From: Haliotis rufescens
Taxonomy: Eukaryota
Reading direction: 5' to 3'
Assembly: GCF_023055435.1 (NCBI RefSeq)
Contig: NW_025964223.1
Coordinates: 11,780,001 to 11,844,000 of the forward strand
Length of the DNA stretch: 64,000 bases
Shown: in pieces, positions 1-13,683 of the stretch
Numbering within the stretch: the stretch's first letter is position 1
Layout: each line of letters begins with the position of its first letter
Translations under genes and position numbers: made by a program
Notes under the pieces: model-generated
What the model was told of the DNA's origin: nothing
The model's database searches: none
What the model saw: the letters and a program-made list of their open reading frames with translations, nothing else

Positions 1-1851
1 GTTAAAATTTAACGTCACATAGGCAATATTACATCCATATTGTGACTAGAACATTAATAATAAACGTATAAAAACCTGTCATCGACGGACAGTATAATAA
101 CTAGATCTAGACTATCACAGTTTAAAGTAAAACTAGTTGTGAACAATTAAAAGAAAAACCTATGATTCAACAATACATTATAAAAACAGGCTGATAAGTA
201 CCATTACTGAACAAAATAAATATTGTTCAAGATACACGCAATCATTTTTTTTCACGTTTTGTAGATTAAAACCATAGGCTTATGTCGTTTTTAGTTTAAT
301 TCCTATCATATGACTATCATGATAGCCTATGTGACACACGTTTATGTCTAAAAACATTCCACTACCATGTTGCGGGCATTTGTTTAATTAATACCAACGT
401 TGATCAACACATAGTGCGATAAATACTATTACTGAACAAAAACATTATACTTTTCATGATACATGCATTCATTGACTAAATTGGTTTTATGTTTTTTTGC
501 AGACTTAAATGTCGTTTTCAGTTCAATTCATTTAATGACAAACATGACATGACACACGCTTTTATAGCAAAACTTTCCACTGTTAAGTCGCAGGAAAATC
601 TTTTATTAATACCAACGTGGATCTATATATAAAGCAACAGATCAAACGGGAATGACTGACACCTTATAACCCCTACATTGTGATATCACAATGACAGGGT
701 CGTGCACGTATTTATACAGCTATTCAGTGAGCGACGTCGATTGACTGACTCTCCTCCGAGATCAAGTCAGTGTCTCGACTGCACTGAACGGCGGAATACG
801 GAGTAATGTGGAAATGAGTAAGCGACCTTCGTAACGTACATACCTGGGAAATCCAAATCGATGATGTGGAACCAAAAATAGTACACAAATAAAGAGTTAT
901 CTTCCCTTCTGTGAATGTCATTGTGTTCGTAGACCGGTTCCCGTTCGTTCCTGCGACAGACTTGGGACAGACTGAAAGGAAATGCAAGAGCAGCGACACC
1001 AAGCGGAGGATCCGGGAACCAGCCTATTGCATTCGCCGCCAGTCGCATCATTCTGTAATCTACACGACCATTCGTGATCAACTAGTGCTATTCCGGGAAA
1101 GTTCTCTTGTTCACTGGTCTCTGCCTCACAAGTTCCCGAACCATATTATTTTCCCTTCCACCCAACCCTTTCTGTAATGCTATATACGTCTAAAAGAAGC
1201 AAGTCTAGATTTTCCACAGATGTAAAAGTCCCATCTCACTGGGGCGCCTTTTCAATTTAAATGGAGTTGTATTTTTCCATCAATATTATTTATTTTCAGA
1301 GATTAAGCGGTATTCTACGCCTCAGCTCACGATCAGCCCTTCATGGTTTATTCTCCCTGCAGTTTTTTTAGTATTCGATAAACAACTCCAACTCGTCCTC
1401 TATTTCTTAAATAAGGCTCGATGCAAAATGATTTTCATATTGACGATCTCCCTTTTGCATGGGTGTGCAAGAGTCTGTGAGCAACACCCAAATTGTGGTG
1501 TTAATAGATGTGGACAAGAATTGACAGACACAAACTCATAACAGTAATGTATTTATTTTGTCATTGTTTTGTTAAAAAAAGGTGACGTAAAAAATATGAA
1601 TGACCTAGCAGTTGGTATTTCTTGAAGCTATTACCCGGAGTCAGATAACTGTTATCTTTTTGGACTCATGAGTTTTGGTTGAGACATTTACAGACAGAAT
1701 TTTACGCCTTGTCATTGCCCATACTTTGATTCAATAAAAGTCGTGGCTTTGGTGAACCCAGGATCAATGGTATGGTGATACAAAAACCATGGATAAATGA
1801 AATCGTGAAGTTGTGAGTCGAAAGACGTGTAGCTCAAGTCACAGTATCTTG

Positions 1852-1906
1852 AGGTGAGGTGAAATGGGGCTTAACGACGCGTTCAATATTATTACACTTA
1901 TGTAGC

Positions 1907-1981
<75 letters not shown>

Positions 1982-2219
1982 ACTAACGCAGGTTTTATTG
2001 TGCTGACCCATTGACATACCATGTCCGCAGTTTAACATGGACACCTCGCCACGACACAGTATGCTCAATCCCAGCCGACCAGTCCTTGTTTAGTCCCCTT
2101 AATGCCGACCGCCCTGTAAGGTAACAACAAGTGGCATCTGTCAGTATGCAAGGCCAGTGGACATATGGTATTCCACTCTCGGGGCAGACGCTCTGTCCAC
2201 TTGACCACGGAGGCGGTCC
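1852..2219 (-). mobile_element. SINE family A copy containing the (GT)n tract at 1908-1981
   Basis: Reverse complement of the 54049 copy, including the head GGACCGCCTCCGTGGTC. Confidence 0.8.
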
Positions 2220-2469
2220 ACACTGTCTTGAAAGGTGGCCAGGTCATCGATATTACGTTCGTAGTTCGAAGACATATCAAGTTATATCAAGTCCATCTTC
2301 CCGTGACAAGCATGTACACCAGCCTATTATATCAAAGCCTAGTTTCTAACCTTGCCACATCAAGGCCACTTTTCCTGACTCGACCTTCACCTCCCGTAGA
2401 TCACGAGTTCACGCGACATCCAATCAGATCACTGTTCTTATCTCGTATAGCTTCACAAAGATGGGGAGA

Positions 2470-2620
2470 TCAGATAACGAAAATATTCGCGATTTCACCA
2501 CTGACACACAAAAAACATAGGCAATCGTTGGGGGGTTTAAAAGTTGAAAAAGACATATTCGTCTCAACAAAGACAGGCAGCGGTAAATCACTTTCATACG
2601 AAGGTGTACCAGTCGTGGAT
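2470..2620 (+). pseudogene. RecQ/SF2 helicase motif I fragment
   Basis: KDIFVSTKTGSGKSLSYE resembles the RecQ Walker A region (DVFVxxPTGSGKSLCYQ). No further helicase motifs are visible. Confidence 0.5.
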
Positions 2621-2879
2621 GTTGATTTTGTGAAACGTTTTCTGGTTGGACCTTCGATATGTGCGATAGTCCAATCATATTTAGCACAAGAAAGTTGGCT
2701 TGATGTGGCAATAGTCCAGGCCCTCAGGGAGCCGTTAGGGGGTATCGTGAAGATGTGTCTACAAGCATCAAGTTTGGCACAGGTGTAGACCAGAACATAC
2801 TAAACTCATTTTTGGAGGGCGCCAAAGCCGGTGATCATTGGGGCCGCCATATTGGCAAAATCCAAGATTGCTGTCAGTC

Positions 2880-5520
2880 CTTATTGGATTTTGTCCTAAC
2901 TAAATAACCAAAAGTCATAGGATCATGAATGAAGGCTCTTTTCATAGGTTTTTGACCGCAAGGATTTTGACATACAAAATACGCTATTCATTTTAGTTGT
3001 CAGAGTATTTCCAGGGGCAGACTTAAGGGCAAAAACTTGCAGGTTTAGGTCTCATTTGGATGTGAAATAATTGAAAATTGTACCTGTGATATTGCGCCAA
3101 CAAAGGAAAGTATCAATTGGGAACTTTGCTGTGTATGCCAGTCAGATAAAAGTGGAGTGTCTCAAACACCAAAGGTAGAAGAACTTTTAACTCTTGGCAG
3201 AGACCTGACTGACTTTAAGGAAATCAAGTAAGGATAAGAATTTATGGATGAACAACTTCTTTATTACAATTAAGAGCGACGTTTTGGTGTAGGTTCTAAC
3301 ACCTACACCTACACCGAAATTAAGAGCGACGTTTTGGTGTTGGTGTAGGTTCTAACACCATTATCCAGCACTTGCTTGATATTGGTTTGAGAACCTACAC
3401 CGAAACGTCGCTCTTAATTGTAATAATGAAGTTGTTCATCCATAAATTATTATCCTTACTTAGTACTCTAACTTCTAAATGCCTATCAAAGAAGTTAAGG
3501 AAATCAATGCCGTTCAGTCTGATATTACAGTCCTCTTTGATCAACTAAATAATGGATCAGGTATTGCAGCAACACTCCGATCCCATAATGCTTAGAGTCA
3601 CAAAATATGTACGAGCTACTGTAGTAGTTCTCGTGTGAAGAGGCTGCGTTAAAAACATGAACACAGAGTTCACCCCAAAAACTCAGATCAGCGGGGGCAT
3701 CACATGGAAAAGGCAGTGATGTCAAATGCTGCATTATCTGTGATGGAGATGACCAGACCAATATGCGCAAGGTGGCAACTGACAACGTAGATGCAATTCT
3801 TAAAAGCTGGGCAAAGTAAAAAAATAATAACCAGTTGAAGGGTAAATTGATTGCACAAGCTGCGGATGCCCATGCTGGTGATGTTTTGTATCATGTTCAA
3901 TGCTATTTGCATCTACGAGAGTCTGCACCTGCTGCCGATCGTCGAGCATCCTAAAGCCCTGATCCACCTGATTTTCGTCAAATTGCTACAGAACAAATAG
4001 TAGCCCTTGTTGAGGATTCAGCCTCCATATATCAGCACTTCGACAGATGTACCGAACACTGATGGAAGAACAACGAAGTCCCTGTCACGATACCAGGCAG
4101 CCACATTCAACATGGTTTAAAAAGCATATTCTCAATCTTCTTCTCACAGGAGAAGGAAATCTACATTTCTAATAATACAAAGATTGCAGGTGAGTCCCAG
4201 CTTGGTCAAGATGATGCCCTATTAAAGGGTACATTGTCGTTCAAAAGTCCACACACAAGTTCAGGCTCACTGGAAAGAATCAGTCACACGAACAGTCCAA
4301 TAAGAGTCCACAGGCACATATACATCATTATGGAACAGGAAGTCGTCACATATCTCTCTAGGGTCCATGAAGTTGGAGAGGACCTTCATGCACAATACAT
4401 TTCACAGACGCTCGATAAGGTTACAGTGCCAGTGTCAAACACTATCAGGCATTATATAATCCTGACATTCGCCAAGCGTCCTGATCTGACCAAAAAAGGA
4501 ATCAAAACCAGTGGTTTATAGAAGAAAAATATAACTCTAATCACAACCCTCTTCCTTTCACTACAATCACTACAGATGTAGATATGGAAGAGTTTTTTCG
4601 TTTTGAAAATAAATGGCTGATAGTGGTTCACTTCGATACGGCAACAAGTTTGATACTCTGGAATGCATCAAATCGCCAATTGGTCGAGCACATCCAGCCA
4701 AATTGGCCGCAGTTGTTGTGGCCAATCTTTCCTCAGTGAGGAGCTTGTCAAGATATTCCTTCACCTGACACGTGCTGTAGCACAGGGCCACCAGACAGCT
4801 TATGTTCGTATTGTTGATAGCGACATGGTGGCTTCTCCTCTACACTGGCAGAGCTGTGGGTGTGTTTCGGTGGCGGGAAAAAAACTCGCGATATTCACAT
4901 CCATGATATCTCTCCCTATCTTGGACCTTTGTGATCTCTGACATTGCCGCTTTTCCATTGCATTTCAGGGTGCGACACGGCATCACAGCTCCTTGGGTGT
5001 GGCAAGAAGACTGACTGGTCATCTTGGCAAAACACACCTGGACTCAATGAAACACTGGTGACTCGAACCAATCAACCAGAACTCTTCAGCCTTGAGTCTC
5101 TTCACATGCAGAAACTGGAACGATGTGTAATTATCATGTTTAGTAAGGGGTGTGGTTTGGCTGAAGTCAACAAAGCCAGACATCGTCTTTTTACAACTGA
5201 GAATACACCACCCATTCAGGCAGCCTTGTTTGAACACATAAAAAGGGCACGGCTTCAGGCAAGCCTTTACTGGAATCAAGCAGCCTCAGTTCGGCCGGAA
5301 ATCCCTGACTTTAGTGAATAGGGATGACAAAAGGAAGACGGTGGTATCTGGTCACCATACTGGACAACTCTCGAGGATACCAGTAAATCACTTAATTGGC
5401 CAAAACGCACTTCTATGTCAAAACAAAGCTCAGATTTGGAAACCTTGAGGTCAAAAACCTATAAAAAGAGGCTTCATTCCTTAGTTTGGATGTGCATTTT
5501 TGGTTTTGTTCACTAAGATG
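2880..5520 (+). mobile_element. Decayed DNA transposon with subterminal inverted repeats and a FEN1/PIN-like nuclease ORF remnant (family unassigned)
   Basis: Inverted repeats at about 2927-2963 and 5443-5479. Fragments KIFLHLTRAVAQGHQTAYVRIVDSD, LFHCISGCDTASQLLGCGKK and PPIQAALFEHIKRARLQASLYW resemble motifs common in invertebrate transposon ORFs. Confidence 0.65.
3228..3494. mobile_element. Penelope-like terminal-repeat insertion with inverted arms and hammerhead-like motifs
   Basis: Inverted repeat 3226-3461. 13-bp TSD TTAAGGAAATCAA at 3215-3227 and 3495-3507. Motif TTGATA..GG..ACACCGAAACGTC. Confidence 0.7.
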
Positions 5521-5699
5521 GGTCGTATGGCACGGGAATTAGTAAATACAGTCAAACTCTCATGTGCATAATGCTTATCTACCTGGTGGAATCACTAGTA
5601 TAACATAGTCATATCAACATCTTTCTTGACAGGTTGATTGGACAGGTGGAAAAGTGGTGCCTGCAAACTACCTGAGTTTAATTTACTTATGGGTGAGTG

Positions 5700-6070
5700 T
5701 CAACCCAATGGAACACCTCTGGGATGAACTCGCTCGACGTGTACGTCAACGTCAGAACACGCCGCAGACACTTCCGAAGGACAGAATTCGTGCACTTATC
5801 CAGTGCCGAGTAGATGCAGAGCCGTGATTGCTGCCCCGGGCGGTCACACGAGATACTGAGTTCAGCGCCACCTCGTGGCCTTATGTGACATGACAATGAA
5901 CACTTGTCAATGCCTTTGTACAACGACAACATGTGACTATGTAGCTCCAAAATGTCATATTTGTATCTATGATATTAAATTAAATATATCAACTTTATTA
6001 CGTACAATAAATTTACTAAAAATCTACCTTTTACCTGTTTTACCTTTTTTAATCTTTTTTGAAGCGTGTA
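5700..6070 (+). mobile_element. Tc1-like transposon 3' remnant
   Basis: NPMEHLWDELARRVRQR ... RCRAVIAAPGGHTRY* is a Tc1 transposase C-terminus. The region ends in TTTTTGAAGCGTGTATA. Confidence 0.75.
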
Positions 6071-6969
6071 TATGTTGTCAATGAGTTTCAGTATACTCGC
6101 CTTAATTCTGAAAATATCAAGCTGCCAGGGAATATATGAGAAGAGCGGAGTGGAAATGTGGACAAATTTAAAAGATATATACTTGAAAACTTAGACCAGA
6201 ACATAACTCAATTTTGCGGATAGAACATTTGGTAGCAGGTCTTCGCATAGGTACTAATTGTGCCCCTCTGCTTGTCGAACATGTTTCTGAAGTGTTTCTC
6301 TTTAAATGTATATAAGCTCTGCACTTGTAATTCAAAATTAAGATATCGTGTTTAGATGTTTTTTTAAAAACTGTAAACACGCTAGAGTGTCACTGGATTG
6401 TCTGGTCAAGACTCGGTTGTTTACAGGCCGCCGTCGAATGACAGAAGCACTACTGGCCGGCAACAAACAAACACTTACTTTTGTATGCAAATTGTGTGTG
6501 GCGGGATATGCTTACCCTTTTCGCGAACACCCGGTGTCAGATTTTCTGTGATCAATTCATATAATTTTAACTTTAATTTGCCTTTTATGCCCAATGGAAC
6601 ATGTTTCGGCAGATAATCGAGAATGATATTTCTCTAGCATTGACATATTATATTTCAACAATGCCAAGACAGATATGTATCTCCTTCTAATCTATCTGCC
6701 AGAGTAAGAATTCTATTTTGTATGGAGGTTAGAACTTTTCAGCCTACTCTGCAAAACCAGATATTGCTATTAAAATAAAAATATTAACCTAAATATCTAA
6801 TGATCGACCCCTTAGTGACATCAGAAATAAGCTGGGAATTTATATTCCAAAGATCAAATTTACCTTACTGGTGACAATATCTTCATTTAATACATGACAC
6901 CAAACCTCAATACCGTTTTAAACCAGCTGGGGATTTCTTAGTGGATAAACACCCGACTTGGTAGGGTTT

Positions 6970-8638
6970 GAACCTGTCTAGTAATGATATTTATCTATCT
7001 GGTTTTCTTTTCTCCGTCTGCTATTTTAGTGATAATTTGTGTGTACCTGGCATGAGGTGTGATGAAAGGGACACAACTCCTGTGTTACTACCTCGGGGAG
7101 TTTCCTACCACCGTGCACCGTTTCAGTGACCTATCTGCTCGACATACACATGAGGGATGTTAGCACTGGCAAAGTAGGTAAGGGTGCCAGGTAGATTCAG
7201 GTTTCTACTTGTAAACGAAGAAGCAGATCGTTCCAGGTTTAAACACAGCTATTACGACAATCAGAAGCAAGCGAAAAGTGCCAGGACGACACAAGTTATA
7301 ACAAGAAGAACAACGAAAAGACTGCTAGGTACATACAAATTATCACTAGAAGAACAACGAAAAGTCTGCTAGGTACATACAAATTATCACAAGAAGAACA
7401 ACGAAAAGTCTGCTAGGTACATACAAATTATCACAAGAAGAACAACGAAAAGTCTGCTAGGTACATACAAATTATCACTAGAAGAACAACGAAAAGTCTG
7501 CCAGGTACATACAAATTATCACTAGAAGAACAACGAAAAGTCTGCTAGGAACACAAAAATTATCACTAGAAGAACAACGAAAAGATTGCTAGGTACACAC
7601 AAGTTATCACTAGAAGAACAACGAAAAGACTGCTAGGTACACACAAGTTATCACTAGAAGAACAACGAAAAGTCTGCTAGGTACATACAAATTATCACTA
7701 GAAGAACAACGAAAAGACTGCTAGGTCCACACAAGTTATCACTAGAAGAACAACGAAAAGACTGCTAGGTACACACAAATTATAGCTAGAAGAACAACGA
7801 AAGGATTGCTAGGTACACACAAGTTATCACCAGAAGAACAACGAAAAGACTGCTAGGTCCACACAAGTTATCACTAGAAGAACAACGAAAAGTCTGCTAG
7901 GTACATACAAATTATCACTAGAAGAACAACGAAAAGACTGCTAGGTCCACACAAGTTATCACTAGAAGAACAACGAAAAGTCTGCTAGGTACATACAAAT
8001 TATCACTAGAAGAACAACGAAAAGACTGCTAGGTACACTCAAGTTATCGCTAGAAGAACAACGAAAGGACTGCTAGGTACACACAAGTTATCGCTAGAAG
8101 AACAACGAAAAGACTGCTAGGTACACACAAGTTATCACTAGAAGAACAACGAAAAGACTGCTAGGTCCACACAAGTTATCACTAGAAGAACAACGAAAAG
8201 TCTGCTAGGTACATACAAATTATCACAAGAAGAACAACGAAAAGACTGCTAGGTACACCCAAGTTATCGCTAGAAGAACAACGAAAAGACTGCTAGGTCC
8301 ACACAAGTTATCACTAGAAGAACAACGAAAGGATTGCTAGGTACACACAAGTTATCACTAGAAGAACAACGAAAAGACTGCTAGGTCCACACAAGTTATC
8401 ACTAGAAGAACAACGAAAAGTCTGCTAGGTACATACAAATTATCACTAGAAGAACAACGAAAAGACTGCTAGGTACACACAAGTTATCGCTAGAAGAACA
8501 ACGAAAAGACTGCTAGGTACATACAAATTATCACCAGAAGAACAACGAAAAGACTGCTAGGTATATACAAGTTATCACTAAAAAGGCAGACTGAAAAAAA
8601 GAAAGCCAGATAGATACATATCATTACTAGACAGGTTC
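6970..8638. mobile_element. Inverted-repeat-bounded (foldback/MITE-like) element carrying a tandem array
   Basis: About 83-bp imperfect inverted termini: GAACCTGTCTAGTAATGATAT.. at 6970 and ..ATATCATTACTAGACAGGTTC ending at 8638. Confidence 0.75.
7282..8580 (+). repeat. 44-bp minisatellite, about 29 copies
   Basis: Unit AGAAGAACAACGAAAAGACTGCTAGGTACACACAAGTTATCACT. Confidence 0.97.
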
Positions 8639-9519
8639 TAATGTTTCTATAAGTACATCGGGGAAGACGTTATCAAGTATATCCTTGAGGTTGATGAATC
8701 ACATCCATTCGTCTGTCATCCCCAACTCGTGTTGAGGTGAAAAGGATTGAGCGTCTGCCCGGAGTCCGGAAGTTTGGTGGTTAGATCTCCTGGCTGCGTC
8801 ATACCAAAAGACGTACATGATACTTGTTGTTACCCTGCCTGGAGCTGGGCATCAAGAGAAAGACGGACTCGGAGTCAGATTAATGTGTCTGAGTGGAGTA
8901 TTTATGTTATAATGCGGCGTGGCATCTTACTTGTCACAATAAAACTAGCGTAAGTTCGGACCAGTACAAGCAGTTCAACACACGTGCATGCTGAATCAGC
9001 CACACATACGTGCATGCTGTGCAATGCTTGAACGCGACATTAAACCTTATCTCACCTCATGTTATCAGTCTGTCATATTTCATTGTCATTATGCGTGGTG
9101 TCAATTGATGTTGTTTCATTTTATTAGCGGATTTGGTCATGGTTTTAGTTTAACAAATATCATGGTATGATGCTGTAGGTGAAAACAAATGTCTGGTATC
9201 ATTTCATCAAACCAAAATGGCATTCACACATTGAGCCAATGTGACGACCCGTGACGAAATAATGCTTTAACCACAAGGCTACCACACCACCCTCGCGTAC
9301 CAGGATAAATTGAGTCTAAATGTGATCTTACTCATTACGTCCAGTATTGTGTTTGAGTCACGTGAGTGCAAGCCACTGATTGGCTGCAACGTCTACTTCC
9401 TGATCCGTGCGTTGATACAGATACTGATCACTGTGGCAAGGTAGCAATGAGGGGAGGGAATCTCAATATCTCCATGATTCGTTGGACGAATTTACCTGTT
9501 ATGTTATATTCCACGGCAG

Positions 9520-9600
9520 ACTACATATAAGTAAAGACCGCTGGAATGTGATACAAAGACGTTCTCAACGAACGACAGGCCAAGATCCAGCTTATATGGG
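9520..9600 (+). promoter_or_regulatory. Possible TATA-like box and short non-coding first exon of PTCHD copy A
   Basis: CATATAAG near 9524 and a strong donor GG|GTAAGT at 9600/9601. The first coding exon is preceded by an acceptor (TTTTCCAG, 14742), so an upstream exon must exist, but its position here is a guess. Confidence 0.3.
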
Positions 9601-10630
9601 GTAAGTACTTGCTCAAGCATGATCATCTACACAAACTAACGTCAGATTAGTTACACTTCATACCAGTGTGTCATATTATTGAGAAGATCGTCGAACCGGT
9701 AAATTAGGTTTGAGCAACTAACAAAATATGCGATGACACTTTTCATTCCCTGACTGATAATGCAAACTGACATCGCAGCTCAGGTTGGTGTCAGAGACGG
9801 CTCAATGTCAAATTGGTTCTACTTCCTACCAATACATCATATTATAGAGAACTGGTAAATTAAGTTTGTTTGTTTGGTTGATTTGTTGTTTAACGCCGCA
9901 CTCAACAATATTCCAGCTATATGACGGCGGTCTGTAAATAATCGAGTCTGGACCAGACAATCCTGTGATTGACAACATGAGCATCGATCCACGCAATTGG
10001 GATACGATGACATGCATCAACCAAGTCAGCGAGTCTTATCACCTGATCCCGTTAGTCGCCTCTTTCGACAAGCATAGTCACCTTTTACGGCAAGAAAGGG
10101 TTGCTGAAGACCTATTCACGGGTCAAATTAAGTTTGAACAACTGACAAAATATGAGATGACGCTAATCATTTCCTGACCGAAAATGCAGACTGACATCGG
10201 CGGCTCAGGATGGTGTCAGAGACTTGTTCAACTCAACCTTCGGACAACATTTGCTCTGCTTAAGTTTTATTCTATTTTATATATTCTTCTTATTATTATT
10301 TACTGACCGTCTGGATTCCAAATGCGATTAAATCATATCTGGTAAAATACACTACCACTGATGCATGTCATCTTATCCAAATTGCGTAGATCGATGCTCA
10401 GGATCTGAATCACTGGATTGTCTGGTCCAGACTTGATTATGTTCAGACTGCCGTCACATGGAATATTGCTGAATGCGACGTTTAACACCAATCAGGCAGC
10501 ACTGGTTGTATACTACCAAGGGAACTGAGAATGATTGTTGAGTGGACACTGATCCATTGTCCAGGGTAATAAATGTCTTAGCACTTAGGGCATGCTTAAG
10601 CATGGGTACAGCGCCATATAAATTGACTAC

Positions 10631-10662
<32 letters not shown>

Positions 10663-11689
10663 ACGGACAAAAATTTAAAAAATGCATCAAAGAGGGTTTG
10701 GGTGATCCTGGCACAGTCAGGCTCGTTATGCCCATCATCAGCTCAGGGCTCTTAATTGCCTCCTCTACACGCAGCCCAGACAGCGAATGGGACTTCTCCC
10801 AGGAAGCACTGCTTAGTCAAACCCACCCAGAACTTTTCGGAGAATGTGAAGACTCCCTAACACTGCAGCCTTCTGTATTACCAAGATTGTCAGAATGGCT
10901 GTATTCCTGGTAGCAAACCCGGTAACTGTTACTGTTTGCTCCTGAGTATCATTTACACAACATAGAACACCTAATCATGTTTCGATTCAAATAGGTCACT
11001 ATAGTGTCGATGGTTATCAGGATTTCGAGGTTTTAATTGGCGAGAATGGACGTTAAGTGTAGATTCAATGTTCAGGTATTTCAACAGTTTATTTTAACGA
11101 TTTAATCCAAGTATATATGCTTATGTTTACATATATGATTTCAGAAGTACCAAAACTTTACATGTATGTATAATAACACGTTACTGGTAACTAATATGAC
11201 TTCACAATAGTCTTCTTGTGCAAACGGAGCCTATTATTGCAGAAACGTACTCTTTGTTATACCAGACACCCAATATATTTCCATGTACCTGACAAATTAC
11301 AAACACATGCATTCAGTAACGAAATGAACAAAGGCCTTGGCTTGAAGAAATACTCAATAATTCATATCATTATATTTCCTCGAAAATGTTGTACAAGTGA
11401 TTGGTATGTTTCTAACGAATATCTTCTTTCTAGGTAAACTCTGGAAATGCCATTACAAAAGTTTCTATGATCATACAATGAAAATTCATTGTGTTTCGAT
11501 CTAAAAAAAAATTTAAGTTAATAATATGTGAATATTGTGAAATATGGTTTTTATCCCTGGTTAGTTTGACAATTAAGGAAATAAATTCTGTTTGGTTGTC
11601 GAGGACAAGAAACAAGGAAGCAGTTGCACTTCGATGGCGATGATAATGACATATTTAGATATGGCAGATATAACAAAATACATATGAAT

Positions 11690-12675
11690 ATATAGAGGAT
11701 ATTTAATGTGTTTTCTCAAATACCACTTTTCATCGAGTTAAGTGGGAAGAGTCTAATATTTTCACGAGTGACGCATTTTCACGAGAGATGAGATAAAAGT
11801 GGTATTTGAGAAAACACATTGAATTTTCTATTTATTATATACATGTTTTATTTTTATTACTTGCAATTTATATATTTTTTCGAAAACAGTGTCTGATAAA
11901 TTACTAAGTTCTCCCTGTCGCCCGTTTACCACCGCCGTATAAAGGGGGTTTGCGAAAAGAATATAGTTCGTAAATAAAACTAGCCCTGTTAATATATGTT
12001 ATGCGAAATATATTATTTCATATCGAGTATTAAGTTCCGTGGACATTTTTGTTTGTCATGATTAAACATTCCTGTTTAAAATGAAAACAGAAATCATTTT
12101 CATACAGCGATTATTTTATTGGCGTAGGAACATATAAACAGTTAGAACTGTGACCATGTCGAACGATCAGCTGAGCGCTGTCCAGGCTTACAAAATCCGC
12201 CAAATTTGATCAAATTTTCTCACAGAAATGTATGAAAGTTGACATAAACACATTTATAGAACCCCGAACATTTTAACTGAAACATTCGGAAAATTCAAGC
12301 GGGGGCTTGTCGCCTCGGCGGTACGTCTCGCTGTCGCCAGTTGTGCCTAATGTCTGGCGAAGCATGTCCGGCGCACGAGTGATATTAACACTGCCATATA
12401 TGTTATTTCCAGACATCAGACTCGTCAAAAAGTTCCTGTGGTCAGTTGAAGAGAATATATGCACCTGCGGTTGAGTACAGTCGGCATCTGACGTAAACAA
12501 AGGGGGATAACTCTTTAATGTTTTGATTCAGGAGAAAGTAGTTTCGGCACCTTGTTTATATCAGTCACTAGTGACTGATATAACTTTTTTTATATCAGTC
12601 ACTAGTGACTGATAACTTGATCTATCGTCACTGATAGATTCGAGTATTTCATTCATATGTATATTATAAATAAAC
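11690..12675. mobile_element. Non-autonomous DNA element with palindromic ends
   Basis: Hairpin at 11705-11820 (AATGTGTTTTCTCAAATACCACTTTT and its reverse complement). Palindromes TCAGTCACTAGTGACTGA at about 12561 and 12595. Confidence 0.55.
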
Positions 12676-12900
12676 CACTCAACGCCAGAAAATAATCAGT
12701 ATCGATTATCTGCCAATCGATCATTTCACGAACAGACGTAGAAGACAAAGTAGCTGTGAAAATTATATGAATTGATCATTGAAAATCAGTGATGACACCA
12801 GGGCTTCGCGTAAAGGGAAAGCATGTCCTGTCAACAGGTAGCACCCGCCACTCACACAATTTGCATATAAAGTAGGTGTTTATTTGTGGTTACCTGACGT

Positions 12901-13628
12901 CGCCCAGCAGTACTCCTGCCATACCCAGCATATGTTAATACAATCCAGGATACAAGGGAATATGTGATATAGAAACTATACGCCAAGCAGTACTCCTGCC
13001 ATACCCAGCATATGTTAATACAATCCAGGATACAAGGGAATATGTGATATAGAAACTATACGCCAAGCAGTACTCCTGCCATACCCAGCATATGTTAATA
13101 CAATCCAGGATACAAGGGAATAGGTGAAATAGAAACTATGCGCCCAGCAGTACTCCTGCCATACCCAGTATGTGTTAATACAATCCAGGATACAAGGGAA
13201 TATGTGAAATAGAAACTATGCGCCCAGCAGTACTCCTGCCATACCCAGCATATGTTAATACAATCCAGGATACAAGGGAATAGGTGAAATAGAAACTATG
13301 CGCCCAGCAGTACTCCTGCCATACCCAGCATGTGTTAATACAATCCAGGATACAAGGGAATATGTGAAATAGAAACTATGCGCCCAGCAGTACTCCTGCC
13401 ATACCCAGCATATGTTAATACAATCAAGGATACAAGGGAATAGGTGAAGTAGAAACTATGCGCCCAGCAGTACTCCTGCCATACCCAGCATATGTTAATA
13501 CAATCCAGGACACAAGGGAATAGGTGAAATAGAAACTATGCGCCCAGCAGTACTCCTGTCATACCCAGCATATGTTAATACAAACCAGGATACAAGGGAA
13601 TATGTGATATAGAAACTATGCGCCCAGC
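12901..13628 (+). repeat. 80-bp minisatellite, 9 copies
   Basis: Unit CGCCCAGCAGTACTCCTGCCATACCCAGCATATGTTAATACAATCCAGGATACAAGGGAATA(T/G)GTGAAATAGAAACTATG. Confidence 0.97.
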
Positions 13629-13683
13629 TGTACATTCTATCATTGACATTCACAAATAATATTCGTTCATCTCTTCGAAGATC

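Noticed and set aside
2165-2788. 207-aa ORF as a real gene
   Set aside because: It starts inside an antisense SINE head, and only a short helicase-like patch is recognisable
7282-8580. Regular arrays (also 12901, 22192, 39320) as CRISPR arrays
   Set aside because: Head-to-tail units with no unique spacers, no cas genes, and a eukaryotic context
10542-10913. 123-aa ORF with poly-Ser
   Set aside because: It crosses a retroposon-like tail (GCGCCATATAAAT plus (AGT)n) and has no recognisable domain
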